64,000 bases of DNA, taken from contig CAWBAV010000006.1 of assembly GCA_963786865.1 (NCBI GenBank), positions 299,837 to 363,836 of the forward strand, given 5' to 3'. The notes beneath the pieces are model-generated. The model ran no database searches. It was given only the letters and a program-made list of their open reading frames with translations, and was not told the DNA's origin. Made by a program: the position numbers and the translations under genes. Origin of the DNA: an uncultured delta proteobacterium. GTDB lineage: Bacteria > Myxococcota_A > Polyangia > Polyangiales > Houyiibacteriaceae. Of this stretch, positions 45,641 through 55,819 are shown one piece after another (position 1 is the stretch's first letter; each line of letters begins with the position of its first letter).

Positions 45641-46351
45641 ATGAATCTACAGCAAGCGGCGGAAGAGATCGATGGCGACTTCGAGGGACGACTGGTGTTC
45701 ACTTGCGAGCATGCGTCGGCTGAGCTGCCCGAGCCGTGGCAATGGCCGGAAGACGACCGCTGGTTGGTCGATACGCACTGGGCGTCCGACCTCGGCGCCG
45801 CTGCATTCACGCGAAGGGTTGCGCGTCTCATGAATGCGCCCGCGGTGCTCTCACGCTTTTCCCGCTTGCTGATCGATCCAAATCGCCCTCTCGATTCGGA
45901 GACGCTCTTCCGGGAGAACGCCGATGGCAAGACCGTGCATCTGAACGAAGGACTGCTCGAAGCCGAGCGCAAACGACGAATCGATCGATTCTACCATCCG
46001 TACCACGCGGCGGTCCGCTCGATGGTCAAGCGGAGTCGCGCCGACACCGTATTCGCCATACACACGTTCACCGACAGCTACGAAGGCGAGGCGCGCGTCT
46101 TGGAGATCGGGGTCCTCTTCGACCACGACGAGGAGCCGGCGCACCGGCTGGTACGCCATCTCGAACGTGCCGGTTTCCACGCTGCGCCCAACGAGCCCTG
46201 GTCGGGCAAGTTGGGGCTCGCGTATTCACCGGTGCTTCACGCACGCGAGTACGGTCGATGCGCCCTCGAGATCGAGGCGCGGCAGGACCTGATCGTGCAA
46301 GAACCATTCGCTCGACGTCTTGCGGAGTCGATCGCGGACTTTTTCTCGTAG
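45641..46351 (+). CDS. N-formylglutamate amidohydrolase-family protein
   Basis: Matches to PF05013-type proteins: LVFTCEHAS, SRLLIDPNR, YHPYH, FAIHTFT, ALEIEARQD. The ATG at 45641 is preferred over the TTG at 45614 because TACAAT lies 7 nt upstream. Confidence 0.65.
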   Translation: MNLQQAAEEIDGDFEGRLVFTCEHASAELPEPWQWPEDDRWLVDTHWASDLGAAAFTRRVARLMNAPAVLSRFSRLLIDPNRPLDSETLFRENADGKTVHLNEGLLEAERKRRIDRFYHPYHAAVRSMVKRSRADTVFAIHTFTDSYEGEARVLEIGVLFDHDEEPAHRLVRHLERAGFHAAPNEPWSGKLGLAYSPVLHAREYGRCALEIEARQDLIVQEPFARRLAESIADFFS

Positions 46352-46361
46352 GCTTCATTCG

Positions 46362-47216
46362 ATGCAACGCATGCGCTCCGAACGAACCGGGCTGTCGTAC
46401 CTCTCATCGGGCGATGAGGGCGCTCCGCTGGTTCTCTGTTTGCACGGGTTTCCGGACATCCCGCGCACCTGGGAGCTCCTCGCCGAGCGCCTCGTCCAAG
46501 CCGGGTACCGCGTGATCCGTCCTTGGCTGTCCGGATACGCGCCTTCCTCGCTCGAGGGGCCGTTCGATGTTCCCGCGCTCAGCCGCACGATCCTCTCGCT
46601 CATCGAAGAGCTTTCCCCTTCTGAGCCGATCCGAATCGTAGGGCACGATTGGGGCGCCATCCTCACCCAGCTCGTGACCGCTCAACGGCCAGAGCAATTT
46701 CGCGCTTCGGCAGCGCTTGCCGTTCCTCACATGCTGGCGTTCGAAGCAAACCTGGGGCGGCATCCACGACAACTGCTGAAGAGCGCGTACATGGGCTTCT
46801 TCCAAATCCCGTGGGCGTCCAATTGGGCGCTCAAGCTTCGGAGCTACCGTCTCATCGAACGTCTCTGGGCGGCCTGGTCGCCGGGTTTCGAACCAGGAGA
46901 AGAGTACTTCGAGGAGCTCAAGCTCTGCCTAGGGTCCAGCATGCCCGCTCCCCTGAAGTATTATCGCGCGCTCAAATCACCCGGAGCAATTCGCGAGATT
47001 CGTGCGACTTTCGGCGCGGGGCCCATCATGGTGCCGACGCTCTATCTGCATGGAGAGCGCGACGGATGCATCGGCGCGGAGCTCGCCGATGGACAAGGTC
47101 AGTACTACAGCGCCCTCTTCGAAACGTTGCAGCTCGCCGACGCTGGGCACTTCTTGCATCTCGAGCGACCTGCGGAAGTGAACGCGGCGATTCTTCGCTG
47201 GTTCGAAGCGCACTAG
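46362..47216 (+). CDS. Alpha/beta hydrolase (epoxide hydrolase/dehalogenase-like)
   Basis: LVLCLHGFPDIPRTW and the nucleophile elbow VGHDWGA, with a C-terminal GHFLHLERP. Confidence 0.75.
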   Translation: MQRMRSERTGLSYLSSGDEGAPLVLCLHGFPDIPRTWELLAERLVQAGYRVIRPWLSGYAPSSLEGPFDVPALSRTILSLIEELSPSEPIRIVGHDWGAILTQLVTAQRPEQFRASAALAVPHMLAFEANLGRHPRQLLKSAYMGFFQIPWASNWALKLRSYRLIERLWAAWSPGFEPGEEYFEELKLCLGSSMPAPLKYYRALKSPGAIREIRATFGAGPIMVPTLYLHGERDGCIGAELADGQGQYYSALFETLQLADAGHFLHLERPAEVNAAILRWFEAH

Positions 47217-47239
47217 CCAGCCGCCATGCATCGACGCGG

Positions 47240-48700
47240 TCAGACGCCAACGAGTGGGAGCTGGCGCCGAAGGGTGATGTCGTCGGTGACGGGGATCGGA
47301 TAGCGTCCGCTGAAGCAGGCGCTGCAGAAGCCTTCGCCGCCGACCGCACGCTTCAATCCCTCGAGCGAGAGGTAGCCGAGGCTGTCTGCCGTGACGTAGT
47401 CGTTGACCTGGTCCACCGAGTTGTGTGCGGCGATCAGCTCTTCGCGTGTCGGTGTGTCGATGCCGTAGAAGCAGGGCCAAATCGTCGGTGGCGAGCTGAT
47501 TCGCAGATGAACTTCTTTGGCGCCGGCGTCGCGGATCATCTTTACGATCTTGCGGCTCGTGGTGCCACGCACGATCGAATCGTCGATGACGACGACGCGC
47601 TTTCCTTCGAGGAGGCTTTGGACCGGGTGCAGCTTGAGACGCACGCCGAAGTGGCGAATCGACTGGGCCGGCTCGATGAAGGTGCGGCCTACATAGTGAC
47701 TCCGAATGAGACCGAGCTCGAAGGGAAGCTTTGAGGCTTCGGCGTAGCCAAGGGCGGCCGCGACCCCGCTGTCGGGAACGGGGACGACCAGATCGGCCTC
47801 GACCGGCTGGTCTTCATAAAGGGCGCGGCCCATGCGCTTGCGGGCCTCGTACACGCTGATCCCGTCGAACGAGGCATCGGGGCGGGCGAAGTAGACGTAC
47901 TCGAATATGCACATGTATCGGCGCGCAGCGTCGGTGCGAAACGGTCGAAGGCTCCGAAGCCCCGACTCGTTGATGACGACCATCTCCCCGGGATTGATGT
48001 CGCGAACGAACTTCGCGCCGATAAGCTGAAACGCCGGCGGCTCCGAAGCGATGACGTACGCTCCGTCGAGCTTTCCGAGGCAGAGAGGACGAAATCCGTA
48101 CGGGTCGCGCACCGCGACGAGCTCCTCGGGCGAGAGAAAGACCAGCGAGTACGCGCCCTCGACCTGGTGCAGCGCGTCGGCCACGCGGTCGACCATCGTC
48201 TCTGCCTTGGAGCGTGCGATGAGATGAACCAGCACCTCGGTGTCGCTGTCCGACGAGAAGATCGAACCGTCTTGTTCGAGTTGGTGCCGAAGCGCAAGAC
48301 CGTTCGTCAGATTGCCGTTGTGGGCGACGGCGATCGAGCCATGGCCGCAATCGACTGCCAAGGGTTGTGCGTTCTTGATGTGACTTCCGCCGGCGGTCGT
48401 GTATCGAACGTGTCCGATGGCGCTGCTTCCTGGCAGCTTTTGGATCTGGTCGGCGGTGAAGACATCTTGCACGAGTCCCATTCCTCGATGCACGAAGAGC
48501 TGACCGCCGTTGCTGGAAACGATCCCGGCGGCTTCTTGGCCTCGGTGCTGCAACGAGTGCAGGCCGAGGTAAGCGAGATTCGAGGCCTCACCGGCTCCAA
48601 ACACGCCAAACACGCCGCATTGATCATGAAAATGATCGTCGTCCAAGTCCCGCACTGCGCTTTCATAGCGCCGCGCCACCCTCGCGTCCATGACTCCCAC
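47240..48700 (-). CDS. purF: Amidophosphoribosyltransferase
   Basis: CGVFGVFG is the Ntn Cys, here residue 28 of the ORF. Other matches: [41 protein letters not shown] and the C-terminal Fe-S Cys ([15 protein letters not shown]). The exact start and propeptide length are uncertain. Confidence 0.93.
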   Translation of the reverse strand: MGVMDARVARRYESAVRDLDDDHFHDQCGVFGVFGAGEASNLAYLGLHSLQHRGQEAAGIVSSNGGQLFVHRGMGLVQDVFTADQIQKLPGSSAIGHVRYTTAGGSHIKNAQPLAVDCGHGSIAVAHNGNLTNGLALRHQLEQDGSIFSSDSDTEVLVHLIARSKAETMVDRVADALHQVEGAYSLVFLSPEELVAVRDPYGFRPLCLGKLDGAYVIASEPPAFQLIGAKFVRDINPGEMVVINESGLRSLRPFRTDAARRYMCIFEYVYFARPDASFDGISVYEARKRMGRALYEDQPVEADLVVPVPDSGVAAALGYAEASKLPFELGLIRSHYVGRTFIEPAQSIRHFGVRLKLHPVQSLLEGKRVVVIDDSIVRGTTSRKIVKMIRDAGAKEVHLRISSPPTIWPCFYGIDTPTREELIAAHNSVDQVNDYVTADSLGYLSLEGLKRAVGGEGFCSACFSGRYPIPVTDDITLRRQLPLVGV

Positions 48701-48741
48701 ATGCCCCTTGTCCCGGCGTGCGCTAGACCTCGCGGGTTGGG

Positions 48742-51381
48742 ATGCCGCGGATACTCAAGCGAATCGAATCGGTCGTTCCCCGGAGGGCTTCGGCTTACGG
48801 TGGCAAAGCCCGCGGCCTGGCGGCGCTTGCTCGAGCGGGGTTTCCGGTGCCCGCGGCTTACGCGATGCCCGGATGGGTAGGCGACTCTTTCTTTTCGAGC
48901 GTATTGGAGATCTCCGATCGACCGCGAGCGCTTCTGCGCAGCCCGCACGTGCCTGATGCACGACTTCAGACGATCGCCGAGCGCGTGCGTGAAGCCACGC
49001 TACCACAAGACGTGGTGCGCAGCGTGCGCGATGCGGTGCTCGCCATGCAGGACGAGGGCGCGACCAGCTTCGCCGTTCGCTCCTCGGCCCTGCACGAAGA
49101 TCAGGAAGGCGCCTCCGCCGCTGGCATGCATTTGACCCTGCTCAACTTGAGCCGCGAGGACGAGGTTCTCGATGCGATCAAGGCTTGCTGGGCGAGCACA
49201 TTCCGGCCGCGTGTGCTTTCGTACTTGCGCGCGCTCGGAGAGGACGTTCCGGTGTCGGTCGGGATCGTCATTCAGGCCATGGTTCCCGCGGAGATCTCGG
49301 GCGTCCTGTTTACGGCCAACCCCCTCACCGGTGATGCGGGTGAGGTGGTCATCAATGCGGCGTACGGGCTCGGATCTTCAGTCGTGGATGGCCGAGTGAC
49401 GCCGGACACCTATCGGGTCGACAAGGCCACCGGTCAGCTCCGTGATCGAATCATCGGAGACAAAGCCCAGCAGACTGTGCTCGAGAGCTCGGGTGGCGTG
49501 AAGGAGGTCGCGGTCGCCCCGGCCGAGCGCGAACGCGCGGCCCTGAGTGAACCCCAGCTTCTGCACCTCAGCGAGCTCGCCGACCGAATCGAGCGACACT
49601 TTGGCGATGCCCGAGACGTGGAGTGGGCGATCGCCGAACAGCAAGTGTACGTGCTTCAGGCGCGCCCCATCGTCGTCTCCGAGGTGCGAAGCCGTCGCGG
49701 GTCGCGCCGCGACAGGCCAATCGATCGTCGCAAGATCGTCTGGAGCAACGCAAACGTCGGTGAGGCGCTGCCGGGGGTCGCCACGCCTTTCACCTGGTCG
49801 GTGCTGAGCCAGTTCAGCGATCTCGGTTTCCGCCGAGCCTTTGGCGCGATGGGCTGCACGGTGCCGCGCGACGCGGAGCTGGTGGGCGACTTCCGGGGCC
49901 GAATCTACATCAATCTCACCGAGTTCAGCACCATCATGGCGCAGATCCCGTGGCTTCATCCTTCGACTCTCGTCCGCCTCGGTGGTGGACAGTACGCCTC
50001 GGAGCTCGACGAGGTCGTTGCAGAGCGTAGCTCGACCGGGTTCTTTTTGCGGTTGCCACAGACGGTGTCGCGATACACTCGGGAGAACTTCCGGCTCAAG
50101 GCTCGCATCGAAGAGTTCGAGGCCTACTTCGCGGACGAACGAGTGCGGATGAACGGGACGGACCCGAGACTTCTCGAGCCGAGCGGTCTCGACCGGATGC
50201 TGGGCGACGTGGAGCATCTCCTCGACGAAACCGGCTCCATCATGCTGACCGCCTATGCGAACCTGCTGACCACGGTGCTCTTGTTGATCGGTCTACTGCG
50301 TGTGTTTGCTCAGGACCTCGGTCCTGGTTTCTACCGCGAGCTCCTTTCCGGCCTCGAGGACGTGGCAAGCGCACGGCCTGGTTTCGTTCTACGCAAGATC
50401 GCTCGGCTCGCCGCGGAAGAACCCGAGTTGGCGGCGCTCATTCGCGACGCAAATCTTTCGGAGCTCCGGGTTTCGAATCTGCCTCCGGGACGCACGCGAG
50501 ATGCGCTCCATCGCTTCCTCGAGGACTACGGGTATCGCGGCATACGGGAAGCCGAGATCGCAGCACCGCGATGGTCCGAAGACCCGACACTGATGTTCGC
50601 TACCCTTCGTTCGCATCTTGCAAACACCGTCGACCTCGACGCGCGTGAGCGGGACCTGCGGCAAAGGCGCGAAGATGCAGAACGGAAGCTCCAGAAGAGC
50701 GTGCCTTTCGCGTTTAGACCGGCGGTGACCAAGTTGCTCGACTTGGTCCGTCGCTACACGAGGATGCGCGAGCATCTGCGCGGCCACGTCGTAGAGGTTC
50801 TCGGGATGTTTCGTCGCGTCGCGCTCGAGGCCTCTCGCCGCATCGAAGCGCGCGAGCCCGAGGCTGGTCCCGATGCAGCGTTTTTCCTCACGATGGCGGA
50901 GCTTCGTCGCGTGCTCTACGACGAAAACGAGCGCGTCGCGATTCGAGTCCAACGGCGACGGCTCGAGTACGAACGGAACCAGGCCTTGCCCGAGCCACCG
51001 ACTACGTTCGTCGGCTTCCCGCCCGACGACCTCGGCGTCGCAACGGCCACCAAGCGGCTGCGCGGCCTCGCGGCGAGCCGTGGCATCGCGGAGGGCAAGG
51101 TGCGACTTCTCAGCAAGCCGTCTCAGGCCGCCGATTTTCGGACGGGCGAGATTCTCGTCGTGGCCGCAGCGGACACTGGCTGGGCGCCTTTGTTCTTGGC
51201 GGCCTCAGGTGTGATCACCGAGCTCGGGGGCCCGCTTTCCCACGCGGCGATCATCCTGCGGGAGTATGGGGTACCGGCTGTGGTCAACGTGAGCAATGCA
51301 ACTCGGTCTCTTCGTGATGGTGATCTCGTTCGCCTCGACGGGGACGCCGGGACCGTGGAGATCCTCGTTGGCTCGCACTGA
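48742..51381 (+). CDS. PEP-utilising enzyme with an N-terminal ATP-grasp (PPDK_N) domain and a C-terminal swivel-His domain (PpsA / rifampicin-phosphotransferase-like architecture)
   Basis: 879 aa. The N-terminus has [11 protein letters not shown] and [19 protein letters not shown]. The C-terminus has [17 protein letters not shown]...[24 protein letters not shown] (phospho-His motif). Confidence 0.8.
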   Translation: MPRILKRIESVVPRRASAYGGKARGLAALARAGFPVPAAYAMPGWVGDSFFSSVLEISDRPRALLRSPHVPDARLQTIAERVREATLPQDVVRSVRDAVLAMQDEGATSFAVRSSALHEDQEGASAAGMHLTLLNLSREDEVLDAIKACWASTFRPRVLSYLRALGEDVPVSVGIVIQAMVPAEISGVLFTANPLTGDAGEVVINAAYGLGSSVVDGRVTPDTYRVDKATGQLRDRIIGDKAQQTVLESSGGVKEVAVAPAERERAALSEPQLLHLSELADRIERHFGDARDVEWAIAEQQVYVLQARPIVVSEVRSRRGSRRDRPIDRRKIVWSNANVGEALPGVATPFTWSVLSQFSDLGFRRAFGAMGCTVPRDAELVGDFRGRIYINLTEFSTIMAQIPWLHPSTLVRLGGGQYASELDEVVAERSSTGFFLRLPQTVSRYTRENFRLKARIEEFEAYFADERVRMNGTDPRLLEPSGLDRMLGDVEHLLDETGSIMLTAYANLLTTVLLLIGLLRVFAQDLGPGFYRELLSGLEDVASARPGFVLRKIARLAAEEPELAALIRDANLSELRVSNLPPGRTRDALHRFLEDYGYRGIREAEIAAPRWSEDPTLMFATLRSHLANTVDLDARERDLRQRREDAERKLQKSVPFAFRPAVTKLLDLVRRYTRMREHLRGHVVEVLGMFRRVALEASRRIEAREPEAGPDAAFFLTMAELRRVLYDENERVAIRVQRRRLEYERNQALPEPPTTFVGFPPDDLGVATATKRLRGLAASRGIAEGKVRLLSKPSQAADFRTGEILVVAAADTGWAPLFLAASGVITELGGPLSHAAIILREYGVPAVVNVSNATRSLRDGDLVRLDGDAGTVEILVGSH

Positions 51382-52087
51382 GACGATCGAGCCTGAAATC
51401 ATTCATCGCGACACGGATCTCCTCGTGGTGCACAAGCCGCCCGGCCTTCCGACGACCGCGCCGACGGCAGCCGAGCCTTCGCTGGTTCGCTGGGTCTCCG
51501 AACGATTCCCCGAGCTTCGAGCGCATGCCACGTCCCGGCTGGACTCCCAGGTGAGTGGTCTGGTGACGTTCGCGCTGAACCGCGAAGCGAACCAGCACCT
51601 ACTCGATGCGCGCAAGTCCGGGACCTACGAGCGGGTCTATCTCGGGATTACGATTCACGAGCTCGCGGACGATGCGGGACAATGGGATTGGCCGATCTCG
51701 ATCGACCCCCGTGACCCAAAGCATCGCCGTGCCGGGTCGGGTCCCGGCGAGCGCCACGCGATGACCCGATACGAAGTGGCGGCCCGCCGACCGGGAGCGA
51801 CACTGCTTCGCTTGATGCCAAAGACGGGACGAACGCACCAACTGAGGGTGCACGCGGCCGAGGCTGGCGCACCACTCTTCGGGGATCCCGCGTACGGAGG
51901 CGAGCGGCGAGCCGTGTTGCCGGACGGCGTCGTCATCACCGCCCGCCGAGTGATGCTTCACTGTGCTCGTGTGAGCTTCCCGCCTCTGTCCGGCTCTGAA
52001 CGCATCGTGGTCGAGGCGGCGGTGCGACCCGACATGCAGCGAATTTGGCAGGCCTTTGCGGGGGTTCCGTCCGAGCTTCAGGCCTGA
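51368..52087 (+). CDS. RluA-family pseudouridine synthase
   Basis: Observed motifs: LLVVHKPPGLPT, SRLDSQVSGLVTFA (catalytic Asp), TGRTHQLRVH. The start is uncertain; a TTG at 51368 overlaps the upstream gene by 14 nt. Confidence 0.75.
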   Translation: MARTETIEPEIIHRDTDLLVVHKPPGLPTTAPTAAEPSLVRWVSERFPELRAHATSRLDSQVSGLVTFALNREANQHLLDARKSGTYERVYLGITIHELADDAGQWDWPISIDPRDPKHRRAGSGPGERHAMTRYEVAARRPGATLLRLMPKTGRTHQLRVHAAEAGAPLFGDPAYGGERRAVLPDGVVITARRVMLHCARVSFPPLSGSERIVVEAAVRPDMQRIWQAFAGVPSELQA

Positions 52088-53118
52088 CGTTTCGTCGTGT
52101 ATTTCGTTCCTGCGGGAACGTCCTGCGGCCTGTTGAAATGGGCTTCGAGCTCGCGATGCAGAATCTCCTGTACGTCTTCTTGCAAGCCGAGCGGGTGGCG
52201 AATCAATCGTTCGATGTTTCGCTGGTACACGAAGAGGCGACGCTGTTCTTCGCCTCCAGCGTTGGTTGCCATTTCGTCGAGCAGAAGCGGCGTGCGCGGG
52301 TCTACCCCTTCGGCCACGACTTCCAGACCCGGTAGGTCGGTGACCATGATGAGATTCCCTTCGAGCCGTTGCTTGAGCTCTTCTGGCAGCTCACGCAGCG
52401 CCGACTGCACGACCTTTTCGAACCTTGCGTGCGACGGAGACCAAGGAGCTCGCGGCAGCAGACCGTCGAGATGGCGGGTCTTCAAGAACGCAAGCGAGGC
52501 TTCATCAGGGCGGTCTTGGCGGTCGCGCAAGAGTCCGAGGTAGTACAACACGTCGGGCGATGCGTCCGAGGGCTCGGCGGCCCGTTCGATGAGAGCTGCC
52601 GCCTCATCGATCTGATCGAGCTCGAAGTGCGCCCGGCCGATCAAGAAGTCGAGTTGCTGATTTTCGAAAGGCCCTTCGGGAAGACCCAGCAAGAGCTCGG
52701 TGGCGGCGGCATGGTCGCCCTGTTGCAGCAGTGCGTCGACCTTGAGAACGGAAGCATCCGCGATGTCATCTGCCGTCTCACAGCTTTCGAGCGCCTGATC
52801 GAGCACGCGTATCGCTTCGGCGAAGCTTCCAAGGGGATGAATCAAGAGCTCGGCAGCGTTCAGCATGGCCTCGAGGTAGTGCTCGTCGAGATCGATGGCT
52901 TGCCGGTAGTGTTCGAGCGCCAAGTCGAGGTTGCCGTTGGCTGCATGGATGTAGCCGATGAGATTGTGCGCATCCGGCGAATCGCCGTCGAGCTCCAGGG
53001 TCTGCTCGGCCGACGCCATGGCGCCGTTCAAGTCGCCCTGCGTAACCAGCTCCCAGCCGCGGTCGAGGTGCGCGCTCAGGCGATCCATGAATCCTTCGTT
53101 CTGCTCGGACATCGTCAA
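52078..53118 (-). CDS. TPR repeats fused to a zincin-like (DUF1025-type) C-terminal domain with a degenerate metal motif
   Basis: The N-terminal TPRs include AHNLIGYIHAANGNLDLALEHYRQAIDLD. The C-terminal LFVYQRNIERL...VQEILHRELEAHF resembles the family but reads HRELEAH instead of HExxH. Confidence 0.6.
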   Translation of the reverse strand: MTMSEQNEGFMDRLSAHLDRGWELVTQGDLNGAMASAEQTLELDGDSPDAHNLIGYIHAANGNLDLALEHYRQAIDLDEHYLEAMLNAAELLIHPLGSFAEAIRVLDQALESCETADDIADASVLKVDALLQQGDHAAATELLLGLPEGPFENQQLDFLIGRAHFELDQIDEAAALIERAAEPSDASPDVLYYLGLLRDRQDRPDEASLAFLKTRHLDGLLPRAPWSPSHARFEKVVQSALRELPEELKQRLEGNLIMVTDLPGLEVVAEGVDPRTPLLLDEMATNAGGEEQRRLFVYQRNIERLIRHPLGLQEDVQEILHRELEAHFNRPQDVPAGTKYTTKRQA

Positions 53119-53160
53119 TTCGCAAAGTTACGTGGCCGGTATGCGACGTCAAGCGGAACC

Positions 53161-54066
53161 ATGCGCTATCATGCTTTTGGAATGGTTAGGTTTTTCACCG
53201 TTCTAGGAATCGCGGCGATCTGTTCCTGCATCGCCGAGCCTCTGCCGGTGGGCCAGGCGATCTCCGTAGGTACCGCTGACCACGGATACCTCCGCGATGC
53301 AGTCCGCTTGGAGGATCGAGGCCCTGGATATCGACGCATACGCCCGGGCGAAGGCAGCCGGTACGGAACTCCCACGCTGGTCGCTGCGATCGGGCGCGCT
53401 GCCGAGGAAGTGGCTCGCGCCTTTCCCGGCGGACACCCGCTTCGTGTCGGGGATCTGTCGAATTCCAACGGGGGACAACATTCGCGACATCGCACCCACC
53501 GCGTGGGGCGAGATGTCGATCTCTTATTCTTTGCCGAGGACACCGGTGGAGTCACGGCACCAAGCGACGGCTGGCTTCAGTTCGACCGATTTGGCCTCGC
53601 GTCGCTCAACGGACGGGTCTTTGGCTTCGACGAGGCGCGCAATTGGCACCTCGTTCGAACGCTCGTCATGGACGAGCGCGCACGCGTGAAATGGCTCTTC
53701 TGCTCGAACGAGCTCAAGGCGAGGCTCTTGCGCTATGCAGCGCGCCATGAACGCTCGCCGCAGGCCATCGTTCGAGCGACCTGGATCCTTCATCAACCGT
53801 CGACGGGCGATTCCCATCGAGATCACTTCCATCTTCGCGTCGGTTGCGGGGAGAACGAGCGGCACTTCGGTTGCGAGGAGCAAGCGCCGTTCTGGCCCTG
53901 GCTGAGCGATCCCGCGCGCAAGGAAGAGATCGGGGCAACTCCGGCGGCGAGCGATGAGCGCTTGATTCGCTGGCTATTCACCGAGGAGCATGTGGATCAG
54001 GGACGCGACGTCGTCGGGCGTCGCCTCGACACCGCAACGCAGCCATCCGCGGTCGTGCGTCGCTAG
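53161..54066 (+). CDS. mepA: Penicillin-insensitive murein endopeptidase (peptidase M74, MepA-like)
   Basis: The ATG at 53161 is followed by a signal sequence. GGQHSRHRTHRVGRDVDLLF and SHRDHFHLRV match the MepA metal-site motifs. The 5' part of ORF 52369.. is antisense to the TPR gene. Confidence 0.75.
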   Translation: MRYHAFGMVRFFTVLGIAAICSCIAEPLPVGQAISVGTADHGYLRDAVRLEDRGPGYRRIRPGEGSRYGTPTLVAAIGRAAEEVARAFPGGHPLRVGDLSNSNGGQHSRHRTHRVGRDVDLLFFAEDTGGVTAPSDGWLQFDRFGLASLNGRVFGFDEARNWHLVRTLVMDERARVKWLFCSNELKARLLRYAARHERSPQAIVRATWILHQPSTGDSHRDHFHLRVGCGENERHFGCEEQAPFWPWLSDPARKEEIGATPAASDERLIRWLFTEEHVDQGRDVVGRRLDTATQPSAVVRR

Positions 54067-54789
54067 GTCGGTGAGATCCCTGTGTTGCTCGGTCGCACCC
54101 CAGATCAACACGGCGGAGCTCTTCGGAAGCTCGTGGGCGAGAGTCGCGATCGTCGACGGTTGCACCGATGCTTCGACGCAGTCGATCACCACCAGAGGGC
54201 TGAGGGACGCGGTCGCCTTGAGGTTGTCTAGAAACGCAACCACGTCTTGGATCTGTTGAACCGCTGCGGAGTCTCCGACCTTGTCGGCGATCCTGGCGCA
54301 GCGCTCGCGACTGCGGGTCGCCACGAAGACCATGGGCAGGGCCGAGCCCTGCGGCTGCATGGTCGGGTACTTCGACGTATCCGTCTCCGTTGAGGGTTTC
54401 GGGGCACGCTGCGTCACTCCCGAGTCTTGGCGATCACGGCCCAGCTTGCGCGTGGCGTCTGCGCGAACGGTTTGGCGCGGTGGTTGAGCGCTCACCCTGT
54501 CTGCCATCGTCAGCATGGGCGCGAGATTCTGCATGACCGCGTCGCTCGCCTCGTCGCCTACGTAGAAGGCCATGGCGGTTCGGAGGTGCTTGTCGATGAA
54601 GCGCTGGAGCGGCTCACCGGTAGCGGGAATCTCGTGCTCTCGCGCCATGTGCAGGGCGCGGTGGAGGATCCGGAGTCGTACCTCCGGGGTGGCGACCGTT
54701 TCGATCGCCTCCCGCACCATTTGGGCGATCGGAGTTTCCCTCACCATTTGTTCCTCATCCCCAGAGTCGGCGTATGTTCGAGATACCAC
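53974..54789 (-). CDS. Hypothetical protein with a receiver-like C-terminal region
   Basis: 271-aa ORF (GTG at 54789; an ATG at 54747 has a better SD). The C-terminal PMVFVATRS...LVVIDCVE...VLIWG pattern resembles a CheY-like fold. I am not confident of any family. Confidence 0.45.
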   Translation of the reverse strand: MVSRTYADSGDEEQMVRETPIAQMVREAIETVATPEVRLRILHRALHMAREHEIPATGEPLQRFIDKHLRTAMAFYVGDEASDAVMQNLAPMLTMADRVSAQPPRQTVRADATRKLGRDRQDSGVTQRAPKPSTETDTSKYPTMQPQGSALPMVFVATRSRERCARIADKVGDSAAVQQIQDVVAFLDNLKATASLSPLVVIDCVEASVQPSTIATLAHELPKSSAVLIWGATEQHRDLTDLATHDRGWLRCGVEATPDDVASLIHMLLGE

Positions 54790-54865
54790 GACACCATAAT
54801 ATTACCGTGATTGGGCCAGGCAGCCAACATTCCACCCCTGGTAGGGCATTCGACGGCCATGGTAC

Positions 54866-55798
54866 ATGCGGGACATGCTGGTCATGGGGGTCGACGAGAA
54901 CGGGCTAGGGCCCAGGCTGGGGCCCATGGTGGCGACCTCCCTAGCGCTGGAAACGCCCCGGTACGACAGGGCGTCCCTCTCGGAGCGTGGCCTGGCCCTT
55001 GGCCTGACGGACAGCAAGCAAACCGGCGGATTCGGCCGCTTGGGGTTCATGGAATCGGTCGCCCTCGGTCTACTCAGCCAAACCGGCCTTGGGACGCCAG
55101 GCTCGGCGGACGAGCTACTCAGAAGGGTTTCGCCGGGGACCGCGGAGCGCCTTCGGGGCTGCTGTCCCGATGAGTCGAGCGCTGCCCAGTGCTGGGCCGT
55201 CGATTTTCCGCTACCCGGCTTCGGGGGTGACGCGTCCTTCGGCGAAGGCTTGCTCGAACGCCTGGTCGGCCGATCCAGGCTTCGGATCGTGGACGTGGAA
55301 AGCCGCGTGGTCTGTGCCGGTCTGCTCAACGAGAAGCTGGCCGCAGGCCGTAACAAGCTTGCCGTGGACCTCGAGCTCTTCGAGGAGCTGATCGCCTCGG
55401 TGCAGGGCCGCCATGGCGCACCGCTACTGGCCGTTTGCGGCATGATCGGCGGCATTCGCGATTACCAGTCGCGCTTCTCCAGCTTTGAGCCCGGCCGAGT
55501 CCAGGAGCTCGCGAACCGCCGCGGGCAGCGAAGGTATTCCATCGAGCGCTTGGGCGAGGTTCGGTTCGAGATCGATGCAGACTCGCGTCACCTTCCGGTG
55601 GCCCTCGCTTCGATCGTTGGAAAATACGTTCGCGAGATTTGCATGCGTCGGATTGGGGAGTTCTATCGGCAGGACGACCCGGCCTTGGAGCTCGCGAGCG
55701 GTTACCACGATCCAGTGACCACGCGATTCATCGACGCCACAGAGCCGGCGCGACGGCGCCTGCAAATCGCGCCGGACTGCTTCAGGCGGCAAGCGTGA
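54866..55798 (+). CDS. Divergent RNase HII-like protein with a large internal insertion
   Basis: Four motifs appear in RNase HII order: GVDENGLGP (compare GIDEAGRGP), LTDSKQ (DSK), DADSRHLPVALASIVGKYVRE (AD....ASIxAKxxR) and SGYHDP (GSGYxSD). The region between motifs 2 and 3 is about 85 aa longer than usual. Confidence 0.5.
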   Translation: MRDMLVMGVDENGLGPRLGPMVATSLALETPRYDRASLSERGLALGLTDSKQTGGFGRLGFMESVALGLLSQTGLGTPGSADELLRRVSPGTAERLRGCCPDESSAAQCWAVDFPLPGFGGDASFGEGLLERLVGRSRLRIVDVESRVVCAGLLNEKLAAGRNKLAVDLELFEELIASVQGRHGAPLLAVCGMIGGIRDYQSRFSSFEPGRVQELANRRGQRRYSIERLGEVRFEIDADSRHLPVALASIVGKYVREICMRRIGEFYRQDDPALELASGYHDPVTTRFIDATEPARRRLQIAPDCFRRQA

Positions 55799-55819
55799 CC
55801 CTCGTGCTAAGAGGCAGGC

